Assembly (NCBI GenBank): GCA_051362555.1
Contig: CM120642.1
Location: 16,554,001 to 16,618,000, forward strand
Source: Lingula anatina
Lineage: Eukaryota; Animalia; Brachiopoda
DNA: 64,000 nucleotides
Direction of reading: 5' to 3'
This document shows, one piece after another, positions 12,740 through 25,629 of this stretch. Position numbers and translations under genes: made by a program. Under the pieces are notes generated by a model, which was given only the letters and a program-made list of their open reading frames with translations, was not told the origin of the DNA and did no database searches. Position 1 is the stretch's first letter. Each line of letters starts with the position of its first letter.

Positions 12740-15700
12740 ATGTCCCTTGATTATGAGGTAAGACCTTGTGATTAAATCACACCGTTAATATACGTACAGC
12801 TACATATATGTGTGGATGACCTTGTGTGTAAATTATGAGAGGGTCGAGAAGTCATCTGTGTATATGTACCTGGCAAGATAGATCAAGTGTGCAGAATATC
12901 GCAAATATCAGTTAACAATGGATTCGTCTTTCAGTCAAAATGACTTTTAATTGTCAAAGAGTGATTCATCGGGAAAAAAAATTAAATACACGTAGAAGGA
13001 CATATTGAAGGACATATTATACATTACTTGAATGCTCCCAATGCGGCGCTGGTTTAGTTCAACAAGCAGAACGGGGAAAACTAAAAAATTCGATTGAGCG
13101 CTCAGCTCGTTTACTTTACTTGGTTTGCTTTCTACGTCTTGCCTGAGGCGACGACAACATGCAAAATATTAAACATTTTTGTGAAAACAACTTTGTGCAG
13201 AGACAGATGGCCCACTTGACTTTTTTCAGTGTAAATCGAGTCCCTAGCAACCGGGTTAAATAGAGCATGTGTTTTACGCCTGACCTACCACCAATGTCTA
13301 TATACAAGAAATTCAATGCCAAGCAACACGATTTATATCTAGCTTGGGTCAAATGGGGCGCGTATCAGTGACATATTTTGTATGGGCTTTATTAAAAACT
13401 GTATCACTTTACCCCAGAGTTATTTGTTAGAAGCTTGCAAGTATTTTAAAGGGCGGGCGCTGTAATAGTACTGCTACTGCAAATCAGATTTAATGGGCTG
13501 GTTCAGTGAATAGTCCCTTGCGTTATATCACAGAAAAGAAGTAGACTGTTAATCCAGTTTTGCAGTTTCACATGAAAAATAAATACAACTTTTTACAGTT
13601 TGTTTACATGTGACTTGTCAAAGATAAAAGCAGTTTTGGTGGAGATTTCAAAATAAAAACCACCAGCATTTATCACACGACTTTTCTGTATAAATATGCA
13701 ATTTAATAAACTGATAAAGAAAATTCAACCGATAGGATCAAACCTCAGCGTCAGATTTGATTTATTGGGGCACTGCAAAACACGTACTGAATAGTTTCAG
13801 CCCTGAAAGAGAAAGATTACAAAACCGTTTTTTATATCCGAGTTGGAAATGAACTTCTGGATGGTGTTACATATATAACGTACACTTCTGATAACAAAGA
13901 AGAGTGGTTCTCGAAACACAATCAAATAAGTACTCTTTGCCAAATGCCCTTCAAATCATACGCCCCATTTTGTAAAAGCTAAAGGAGAGTAATTAACATT
14001 TTAGCACATTTTGAGAAATTGATTATAAATGAGTGGAGACAGCCTTAAAAAAGGTTAACAAGCAGGTTATCATGTGAGAATTTGCTAATACTATTTAACC
14101 TATGTCTGTTATTGAGATCAAAATACCAGTAAGGCATGTAATATCTTCAAAAAATCAAGCAAAAACGGCTTGATGTGGGATTTAAATATCTACATGTATG
14201 TAAAGCCATTTTTTGCAGTCGAACCTCCTTGGCAGAACGTTTATCATTTAAATTAATGATTGAGAAAACTTAATTGCACCTGAAAAAAATGCTGGTGTTT
14301 GGTATAAAAGTCTAACTGAAAAAGATCTACACGAGACTCTCAATTCCAGGACAGAGAATTCATAACCCCCGCTGCCTGGCAGAAAGGAGAACTTCCACAC
14401 ATCCCGACAGTTGTCCGAAACAAAGTGTCCGCCAAAAGAATCGACAGGAAAATACGCGTCGTCTGCCGAGCAAGCCACTCTCAAAACGACCCTGGATCCC
14501 TGGATAACAATGGCGGAGACGTTCTGAATGCAGTGGACGGACAGACAGCCGTGCCGACTCAGAAGGGATCACGATATACCTTTATTGACATCGAAAAAGA
14601 CTTGCAAATGTTCGATGTCGAGTACGATTTTGATGGTAAATCGGTTTTTGAACAACTTGCCTCTTAACGTTTAAGTCCATTAGTGGTTGTGGTGATTATT
14701 TTTACAATGCAGGTGGCACGTGTGCAAGTGGTTTTCAGAAGTATAATGTGCGATTAAGCTTTGTGTATTGCCTGAATTTAAGTTGTGTATCACACACTTT
14801 CAGTGAACTAAAGAGACACATGTAGTCGGTTTACGTTGTTTCAAAGAGAGAGAGTGAGAGAGTGAGTGAGTGATCAGAAATACCACTGCACATGGCCCTG
14901 CATATAGTAATTAGATGTTTTATAATTCTTTAATGGCGATTTCATTTTATCGAAACTTTCAAAGTCAACAACCCATAAAGTTAAGTTGTTTTGACAGAAC
15001 GGCATAAGATTCCACTGTTGGATTGATGTGTTTCAAGTAAAGAGAAAAATAAAAAAGCTTTTATTTAAGTGGGACGGAAAATTTTCTCGGGAAATTTTCT
15101 CGGCGTGATGAGACGTTCTTGCTACTTATTTTTGCAGGTCTGGCGTAACGGTTGTATGAATTATTTTACATGCTGGGACCATAGTGAGTAATCATTCTTT
15201 AAATTATATCATTTTTTCGAGTAGCAGAGGACGAACCAGACGTCATCCCACCGCCGCCACTGAAGTTGTCACGGAATCAAAAAGCGTATGTGGACGCCTG
15301 TCAACTCCTCCGCGTGGCCCCGTGTAAGATGATCCTCAAGACCATAGACGGCGAGGACATTACAATACGGAATAGAGCCCTGGGGAGCCATGGCCTGAAA
15401 GCCCTGTGCGTAGCCCTGGTGGTAAGTTACCCTCTACCAGATCCACTGATTGATTTTTCACTAGATATTCACAGATAATGTCTCTGGCTAAATATGGTCA
15501 ATCTAACTATATGGTGGAATATATGCCTATAATATCGGCCCCCTGGTAGAGGGTAATGGTAAGTTTATATTGGATGTAACTATCATTTGTCGCCATGCCT
15601 ATTTCCCTGTATCTCGAACCCTCCACTCCGACCACATATTGATTTTTCACTAAATATTTTTAGATTTTTTTCTGGGATTTTTGTGCACTTTTCTGTACTT

Positions 15701-18700
15701 TACCCACTGTGCGTACTTTGTCCAGAGAATTTTTGCATAGAATTGACGTCATTGCTCAGGTCTAGAGTAGAAAAGAACCGTCAATATGAAAAGCACCATC
15801 TGATCTTTCTTTTGGGTGATTTTATGTTTCGTTTAGTATTCATTCGCATCAGCAGTCAAGGGTTGGGGGCGGGTAATTCTAGGTTTATCTTGATATCAAA
15901 TTGATTAAATTGGTTTCATGGTGATAAGTAGATTATCTGAAAGAAAAATTAATTAAGAAGAAACATGCTTTTCGTCATTGATCGAGGCACCTATAAAGAA
16001 TATAAAAATACAACGCCAGCACTTTTTTAGGACAACGTGACTGTGAAATCACTTGACCTGGAGGGTAACCATATTTGCAAAGAAGGCGGAAGGTACATCG
16101 CGGATTTAATATTGGAAAATGGATATCTTACCGAGTTGGTACGTACACGTGATAGCATGTGGGTTGTCTGTTTGAGAACTTCGTGTGGTTATTTGTTCGG
16201 TTAAGAGAGGGCTGATGAATGGAAGCGCAATAAAAAGCACTGTGCAAAACTACACAAATTTACTATTGTTGAGACACCTCTTTTAAAAAGCGTACTTATT
16301 TTGATTGTGATTAAAATTGTATTCGTCTTTGAATTTTTTATAAAGAAATTACGAGAAAATGACCTTGAAATTGTTTGTTACTTTTATAACTTAACAAAAT
16401 TTCATTCATCTGTATTTTTTCATCAGAGATCACAAGGAAACAAAATATTGCTCTGATAACCAAATTTCATTTTTTAAAGAGATTACGAGAGAACAACCTA
16501 GAGATCGGAGGAGCCGAGTGCCTGACCACCATGTTGCGACATAACACTGCCATCACCGTGCTGGACCTGGCAGGTAAATATAACAGACCCGTTCACACCA
16601 GGGTAGACTGAGACCTTGGCCAGGAAGCAGACGACCTTATTGTTTATCATGGTGTTCGACATTTATTTAGGCAGGGGGGCTCCAAGGCGAACTCCTCGTG
16701 TTCTGTTGTCTGGAAAAGCATTTCGACAATTAATAATTAGTTAAAATAATTATTCTGACTCACACGAGATGAAAGGCCACACCACTCTGCTAAATGTGTT
16801 AAGTGTACTACGTAAAATAACATTCTATAAAAAAAACACCAACTCCGAGCTTGATAGGAATGTCTGAATCGCAGTTTACGAAAACGAATTTGGTTGATTA
16901 ATTACGTGTAAAAAGAAGATTTACACGTGTACCTTTAAATGTGGACAATTTGCAAACATTTTCCAGGTAATAATTTCCAGGAAGACAGCGCCCGGTTGTT
17001 TGCAGACATGCTACAAGTAATTATACATATTTCACTTTCCCTTAATGGAGTAAATAGATAATTGATAAAAAAATAAGATATAGTCAATCTGCGGATGAAT
17101 AAACAAATATCACACAGATGGACGAAAATAGAAAGAAAAAATGAAAGGAAAAGTGAAAACAGGACAAAAATAGAAAGAGAGAGGGAGGAAAGAAAGGGAG
17201 ACAGAAAGAAATGAAATCATCATAAAATCAATCTAATGTTAAAATGTTTCTTTCTCTACAGGTGAACCGCACTCTTCGAGAGTTGAATCTCAGCCATAAC
17301 TCATTTCGTGAGAGAGGCGGGCAGATTCTGGGTCCGGCTTTAGGTAAAATGTCTATAAAGAAGAGCAAGGAATAGCTGCACTATATAACTTCAGATTTTA
17401 AAAAAACTTCTTTTGTTGCCATACGTGTTGACTTCAGTCAATCGTATCCTATTAGTAGCAATCATGCATGAAATACAAAGTTATTTGTCACTGTGCAATT
17501 GCGAAATCATTCCATGAATTTCATAAACAATGTCCAAGTTTGTAATATTTAATTAATCTTACGCAGAAAGTGCCGCCTGGATAAGGCACATAAAGTGAGT
17601 GAGTGAGTGAGTGAGTGGTCTTTTTCCAGGTAATAATGACACACTGGAGGTACTGGATCTGAGCTGGAACCATCTTAGACGGAAGGGAGCTGTCGCCATT
17701 TGCAAGGGACTAGCGGTAAGTCCGAAAAGTTTCATGCATGTATGGTAGAGCTATGGCCTTTCTTTAGCTAATGTGTAATAAGAGCAATAGTAATAAGGAC
17801 AGATTCTTAAGGTTTCTCCATACAGTAAGTTTTTTTAGTGTAACACCGGCGACCACTTTTCGCCGTCTCATTTGTTCCAGGAAAACATCGGACTTCGGAC
17901 CCTGGATGTCTCATGGAACGGATTCTACTTGGAAGGATCTAAAGAAATGGCCAAGGCGTTAGCCGTCAACACTACACTACAGAATCTAGACCTTTCCTGC
18001 AACAGGATCGACAGAATTTGCCTTAAATTATTGCTCAAAGGACTTAAAGCTAACGAATCATTGATCACGTTGAAGGTCAGTAGTTTCTGCCACGTATTTT
18101 AAGCTAAATAAAACATTGTAAATTTGGAGTAGATTTTTATTTAACGGTAACTGAGAAATTCATTTGAAAGCGGATAAAAGCTTATTTATACATTTATAAC
18201 ATAATGAGAGTTAATTTAAACTAACCATCTTCTAGTAAACAACCAGCACTGCTTTTTCTTCTTTACAATTTATAGCTTCGAGAAAATGCTGTTGGTTTAG
18301 AAGGTATGATGGACATTCTGAAACAGTTGACCACTATGGAAAATCCAAGGCTGTCCAATATAGATGTGTCTGTAAGTATGGTGCACACGTGCTGTTTTTA
18401 TCTTCCGTATATTAGTAGTTCGCAAGTCTCTTTCTTTCTCTCTCTCCATATCTCTCTCTCTCTCTCTGCAGGTCGCACAGGTACGTGTGCTTGATAAATT
18501 GATGAACATACCTGATATAATCATTACTTCATTCACTTTACAACATGTTTATGAACTATAGTATACACAATTTTTATGCTGAGTGTATTTATTGAAACAA
18601 AGAAGAACAACATAAATCTTATCTTGTTACTATTTAAATCAGAAATACTTTTAATTGGTCCCCTTATTAATTATTTTTCAGAGTCAGTTTGTTGACGAAA

Positions 18701-18846
18701 CGTTTCTGAAGACGCTGACAGAGTTACAGGAAACTAAGCTTCCCCAGTTACAGATACACCACGGCCACGTGTTATACAAAAGTGAAAAATCTGATCATTT
18801 ATCACAAAACAACACTGTAGGGAATTCTGTTGACAATACGAAATAA
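12740..18846 (+). CDS. LRRC74A: LRRC74A/B-like leucine-rich-repeat protein (RNI-like LRRs), paralogue 1, no EF-hand tail
   Basis: Exons: 12740-12757 (MSLDYE, tentative), 14350-14635, 15225/15228-15421, 16031-16138, 16480-16573, 16967-17016, 17262-17343, 17630-17715, 17881-18075, 18276-18371, 18683-18846, all GT-AG and in phase. Motifs AYVDACQLLRVAP, LGSHGLKALCVALV, LEVLDLSWNHLRRKGAVAI and LRTLDVSWNGF are typical of LRRC74. The symbol is a family-level assignment. Confidence 0.85.
15430..15553. mobile_element. ~125-bp TA-flanked MITE (CCCTCTACCAG termini)
   Basis: TA-CCCTCTACCAG...CTGGTAGAGGG-TA. Related copies at 28182-28305 and 35434-35559, partial copies at ~34303-34444 and ~35210-35273. 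Confidence 0.7.
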
Positions 18847-19168
18847 TCCAATGTTACTTTTAAAAAAATTGAAATTTGAAATTGACTTACTTAGAATACG
18901 TGACTGTTTTGGCTGCATAATAATTAATATTTTTAAAAATTTGTACTCATTTTAAATCGTTCATTTTTCTCTTTATTTGTTTTTCAAATAGGTAAACAGG
19001 GTAAAGGTTATCCATCTATTGAATATGTCATTCCATTTTCAATTAAACACCATCTACAAAATCACATTTTATATTGTTTTGGTTAGTAATTAACTAACCA
19101 CATTTATTAAACAGTGCACCACACCGTTCGTGTCATCCCTGGGTAACCTTGACAACAGTTGATAATAC

Positions 19169-20391
19169 TCAATTTTGCGTGCTGGCATCTGCAGTTTCTG
19201 TCACTTCCGCGCCGTTGTTTTTGGTATTGTCGTCTGCTATGGTTGGAAGAGCATTTTCAACAGTCTTTTTCTTACGAAACATATTCTTCAGGGCTGTAGC
19301 AGCGACCTTCTTTTCCTCTTGGGTGGCGTTCTCTATATCGGTCACAACTGCAGTTATCTGTTTCACTGGGGCTGGTGCTTTTGACTTTTTCTCTTCTCTT
19401 GGCGTTTTTTGCTTTTGTAAAAGAGTCGTAACTTTCCTTTGGAGCTCCTGGAATCTTTCAATCTCTTCTTTTGATTTTTCGTCCTTGGCTTGTTTCAACA
19501 TTAATAGCTTTCTAGTGAACTCCTTTTGTCCTTGCATTAGCTCCCTATAAATAAACGTTTAAGTGTATTAACAAACCTGAGAAAATAAGCAGCACTGTGA
19601 AAATGAGATAGAAGCAAATTTTATATTTCTTTGATTGTTGCTGTAAAGGACATGACCTACCCAAAATCCACCTCTCCGTCGCCATCTTTGTCTAGCTTTC
19701 TTAGCAGTTTGTCCAGCCCTTTCTTGCTCAAAGGTATCCCCTCTGCCTACAAAAGGCAATGAAAACTTTTTGAAAAAAGAAATAATTATGAAATATCAAC
19801 AACTAAAAAGAAAAGAAGTGAAGCAAAACGTCACAGATGTCTATTAATGAATATTATCTAACAAATCAAATTAAATCTGTGAAGTTTGCTCTCAGAAAAT
19901 TAACCAACTAAGCAGTATAGAACATTCGGGGAATCACTATAAAAATACGCTGTCTTCATATTTTCCATTGCAGAAACAGTAAGATATCCAGTGTGAAAGA
20001 AATAGATAAAAAAATAAATAGAAATATACTGCATACGAACCAGCAATCCCTCGCCGAATTCTTGGAAAGTTAGCGAATTGCTCCCATCTTTGTCCAACTG
20101 CTTAAAGAGGTCGACCAGGCGCAGTTTCTTTTGCCGGCTGAACTCGTTGAGGACCATCATGGGGTCTTCGTTCATCAAATCGTCTTCTGATATTTCCTCA
20201 CCTTTTTGATTGAGCAGCTGTCCATATTTGATTTGAAATTCTCTCTTGTCCTGCGCCTCGACAAGCATGTCGATAAACGAGTGTGTAACGCACTGTGTCT
20301 GAAAAAGATTTACATGATATGTTTTTACAAAGGCTTTTGAACAACTCTCTATGGCAAAGGTGTAATGAATTTATGTGAGGTAAAATGAAAG

Positions 20392-20444
<53 letters not shown>

Positions 20445-23400
20445 AAACTGGACAGAGCTTTCAATAGTCAAAAATGCCATGGCCATTCCTTGCTTTTTAT
20501 CCCATGTCTGAGACGTTCGATAGTTGCCGTATAGGACGATCAGATTTGCAAAAAAACAAAGAATTTGATATCCTGAAACTTGCAGTATTTCTTTAAGTGC
20601 TCTGGAAAATTCCAGCAAAGACAAAGAGTGGAAATCGGCTACTAGACTGGGAAGATCGGAATAAGAACATAAATTCATATTACTGCTTAGGCCCACATGG
20701 AGCGGTATACTTATAGCTGGTATGTCTGCACCGGTCTACTTTGAGGTATTTAGAGTTAAAAGTCTGGCTGCAAGGAAGAGAGCCACACAAACGGAGCTTC
20801 CGAGCTATTTGACATGCACGGCTAATGAACTTCTGGAGAACTTGTGAAAAGGGGAGGGGGAACTCCATTGGGGTATTTACATGTTAGGATTCGTCATAGT
20901 GGACAGGTTCAGGTAAGTATACCACTCGAGGTTAAAACGACCTATGAAGTCATATAGTTAAACTTGTGATAAAAACCTCTGCCCTCTCATTGTTTAGGAA
21001 TACTACTGTACATCTTTGCTGAAACAGTGAGGTAAAAGTACTCCTGAAACATTCAGCTACCGAAACACACAGCAATAAAGGTTATTCTGAATTTAACTCC
21101 AGGACATGGAACGAAAGTAGTTGCATCCATAAAAGTGACACTACCGGTAGTTAAAACTTATACATGCACAAAAACGTATGTAGAAATTGACATCCGTGGA
21201 GCCTTCTGACCAATTAGAAGTGGTTAAAACACCCAGTGATTCCTAAAACGAAATCAAAGTTTTGTTATCGTAGGTGGGAAAATCTAATATTCATTTGTAC
21301 CCGACTAGTGTGAGCAAACTGGGTCAAAAGAATTCGCCTGCTCCTAAAATAGACATGTTTAGACGGTATTTTCCAAAACTTTCAAAACTAATGCAATTTT
21401 GTTGATGACGTCACCTCTGCATGACGCCATCATATCGTGATGTTAGCACCATGTTGATCTGCACGTGACGTCAGCAAAACGGTGATGCTCTGTGAACGTT
21501 AATGTGCCGATAATCTACATGTAAAAGTTGTTAAACAAACAAAATGAAAAAACTGAACGAACGAAAAAACTGAACGAAAAACCGCAGACGTTAAAACCAA
21601 GACAAATCAGAGGTCAAACGCGCATTTGCATTTTTATATTTATATTTCGGTCTCTGAATGTTGCGGAATGAAGAACCCAGTATTTTGCATTAAATGGAAA
21701 TCAAATTCTCCAATTTTTATTATATTTGTTTATCCTCTGATTTGTCATAAAACATAAAAATAGAAATTAAGTGCAACCTACCTGAAATGTGTTTACCTAT
21801 CATCTATACGTGTTGACATTGGTTTACGTAACAGTTAGTCTCTCAATGTGCTTCACTTGACTCTTCCTCGGCTTTGACAATTGCATCGGCTGCACTTTTT
21901 TCACTTTTTATCTCTACTGCAACTGCACTGTGTATGCATGTATGGCTACATCTACATATGCTCAGCGTGATTCTACTACAGTGCAAATATACTTGATATA
22001 AACGATAATTCGTCTATAAAACATAGAAAATTATCGTGGGTTTTATTGAGTTTGGAACAAAAATGGCTTCGTTAAATAAATATAAACTAAAAGCGACACA
22101 CAATACGAATGAATGAAAAATAAAATCAAACCGCTATATGTACTACATGTATCAAATCTAATAGTTTGTGGCAAAAAGCAAAAGCAGTGACGGTCATTCA
22201 TAATCATTGTTCATGATATAATTACAAAGAATTTTTCTCAGAAGAACGATGTTTTTGGTCGCTTCAATTGGTTGCTTGGATCATATATGCGACCGTGAAG
22301 AAATTTAAAATTTTGTCTCTTATTTTTTAATTCCCGATACTCGGCAAGAAATTCTGGGGTAACAAGCTGGGTCTGAAATGAAAAACAAGTTATTGCGATA
22401 GCAAGACATTTCTCATAGACATGACATCGCCAAATAGCGCTGTTGTCGAGAGAATTAAAGTAACGCAGCCATATAGGCCTACTATTAAGATTAGTAGGCA
22501 ATACCATTGAAGTTAAACATGTCCTATACATCTTACCTACCAAATCGTGATATACTGATTTCTCCAATATCATATCCATTTTCAAAATCAACCATTTAAA
22601 TTGAATTGTTTGTGTTTTAATTAATATGCCTAAACGCTCCATCCTTATACACTAAAATGCTAGTGCAATCAATATACAAGTACAGGTAACACAATGGGGC
22701 GATTTCACAGAAGAGCTTTCACCTAAGACTGAATAAATTAAAACCAGCATTTTGGCTTGTATAAACTAGGTCTAGTCTCAATCGCAACATTTACTATACA
22801 AGACATATTGTTTGGGAACTAGACCTCATCACGACCATTACCTGTACTAAAGCCACGAATGAGAAATCGACCCACTGTGATTTGTGATTAACTGTCGCAA
22901 CCGTACAATTTACACACTCTGACATCTCCTCTAACGCAATAAAAAACAGCATTCATACTGTTAAACTGATTTGATTTTCTATTGTAACTCTATCAATATT
23001 ATGGAATGCTAATTCTGTTGTTTGGCACTATCTTCTGCCGTTTCAAGTTATTTGTAAACGCGACTGCAGCAAAACGTTGATTGCACTTACGTGTATGTCT
23101 ATTAGTTTTATGGTCGTCACGTCGGATTCCTCTATAGCCTTCACTAGGACCAGAGTTCCTTCCGTCCCGATGGTATTCTTAGGCATCTTATTAAAAGATT
23201 AAAAAAGAAAATTGACGAAAAACCTAGCTAGGTTAATTTATTAATCTATAAAACAAGGCAACAACCCCAACTCCGAGGTGGTTTTCGATACAATGTTTTG
23301 AGCAATGTCAGAAAGATACCACAGCAGTCACATGTGCGTAATAAAAAAATTCTAAAAAAACTTGCAAAGATGACCTTAAGAGGTACAGCTTTGACAAAAT

Positions 23401-25594
23401 CGCGACAGAAACACGATGCTACATGCAAAAATAAATTACTCAATTACATTTTATCCCAAGTTTTCAAATATCATCTTCTCGATAATACAAGAATCCAATA
23501 TATATATATAGTGTATAATAATCTGCGGCTTACAATCAACGTCTCCAGTCCCTCGTTGAGCTTTAAGCCTTTCAGCAGTGCCTTTAAGCTGTCTAGGTCG
23601 ATCCGGTTGGACGTCAAGTCCAGGGTTTTTAAGGATTTATTCACTTCTAGGGCCTCAGCCAACGCCTTACACCCCATAAGATGGAACCCGTTCCACGCTA
23701 AATTCACAGTTTTAAGACCCATGTTTTCCTGGAATAGTTTAAAAGTATTGATTAATTTTTCATTAAATCAATTTGGTTAGTCAGGCCGGGCAGATAAAAA
23801 ACCAATTCCCACCAACTATGGCCCTACTCTCTGACCACAAGGTCTGCTACAATTGAGTCACACAGTTATTGGATGTTCTTCAATTTTGTAAATTGTTCTA
23901 GAGGCGCCTGTGTTATCGGAGGCTTCTATGCTCCGGCTATGAACACATCTAGAAACTAAAAAGGGAACTCTGACCTTGATACCCTGAGCAATGGCCGCAG
24001 CACCTTTTCGTCGTAGATGATTCCAGCTGAGATCCAGAAGTTCTAGTGTCACGTTATTAGCTGAAATATAAAACGCATTTTCAATCGTTCACCGGTTTAT
24101 GAATTCCTCTAATTTTTCATGTAGAAGTTGTTATAAGAAACACAACGGATTGGAAAGGCGCAATGCATTTTTAAACTAAATACGATTAAGCTATCCCGTT
24201 TAAAACACGTTGAGTCATACAGTACATGTACAGGTATTTACTACTAAGTTTGTATGGTTTATGGCAATGTCTGAGTGTGGATTATCATTAAGAGTGCTTT
24301 AAAAACACAAAGTAAGAGTATACCTATAGCCGGAGAGAGTATTTCCCCTCCAAGTTCTCTGAATTCATTGTGTGACAAATACAGCTCCCTAAGGATCTGG
24401 TTATTCTGAATAAATAGACACATTAGATGTATCATCAATTACTAGGTGATTCCACGAAAACTCAAATAAATGTCAGTTACATGTCATTACGATAACATGT
24501 TAAATAAAACCATCGATGTTCCCTAAATTCCACTAAATGTTTAACACACAAGTACAAGAGCATTTAATTTCTGAAAGAAAATGTAGATATATATAATCCA
24601 TGGAACAGTGGCGGATTTAAATGGGGGTCAGGGGGGTCCAGCCCCCCCTCCCCTTTGGTTTCGGAAAAAAATGTTTTAAGAAGTCACTCAGGTAGTTGGC
24701 GATGCACTTTCACATAGTGTTGATTTTATTAACGTTCGTAAAAAAAGCCCAACTCTGCCTCTATACCATCTAAAAAGACGACCCATATTTAAGAAAATTG
24801 GAAATTTCTACACGGGAAGATTGAATACAGTCCAAGACACCGTTCTTTACTCGAATGGTCCTAATGGCACAGTGGTAAGGACGTTGCATTTCCACACCGA
24901 AAGTGCTGGGTTCAAATCCCATGCTGAACGTGTGGTTTTTCTTTTATTATTGTGTGTTTTAAATATTTTAATTTCAAGGTAAAGAGTACAGGTTAATACG
25001 CCAAGAAATGCTGCTGTCATCGTGTCCTCGTCGGTGGCGCAATGGGTAGCGCACCTATATGGTTCCGAAGCCTTCTTCGACGCCGACAGACACGAAGACG
25101 CCTGGAGTAGGTTAAGTGTAGGAAAGGCTAGGTGTAGGTCAAATCAGGCTAAGGTGTAGATCAGCCTAGGAATAGCCTAGGCGAGAGCTAGGAGTAGGAA
25201 CAAAACTTAGAAAACCAAATAGGCATTGAAATATAAGTTAGAAAATCCAATGGGCATTGACAAAAAAATCTCAAAAAGTGTGACTTATTTTTTCTGATTT
25301 TCCAGTTTGGATTAATTTAATGTTAACTAGAAAGAAAGAGACAAGTATGGTGCAGTGTGTGACCTCTCTCTGACTTTGGTCTTTCTCCGATGATTTTCAT
25401 TAATACGAAAAGGAATACACATTTATCGATATACGCACTGAACAGGTTTAAAATAATGAATGGATAAATAAGTAGATAGATTCATATAAATATAAATGTG
25501 AAAAAAGAAAAGAAAAGAAACGGACGCGTAATGAAAACTTCACAGGTATAGTTCTCGGCTTTACGAACCTCGACAGTCCAAGGAAATCAGTGGC

Positions 25595-25629
<35 letters not shown>

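Noticed and set aside
19149-19550. 133-aa hydrophobic plus-strand ORF (and similar 23298-23780, 31401-31703, 46325-46552)
   Set aside because: Antisense shadows of real minus-strand exons.
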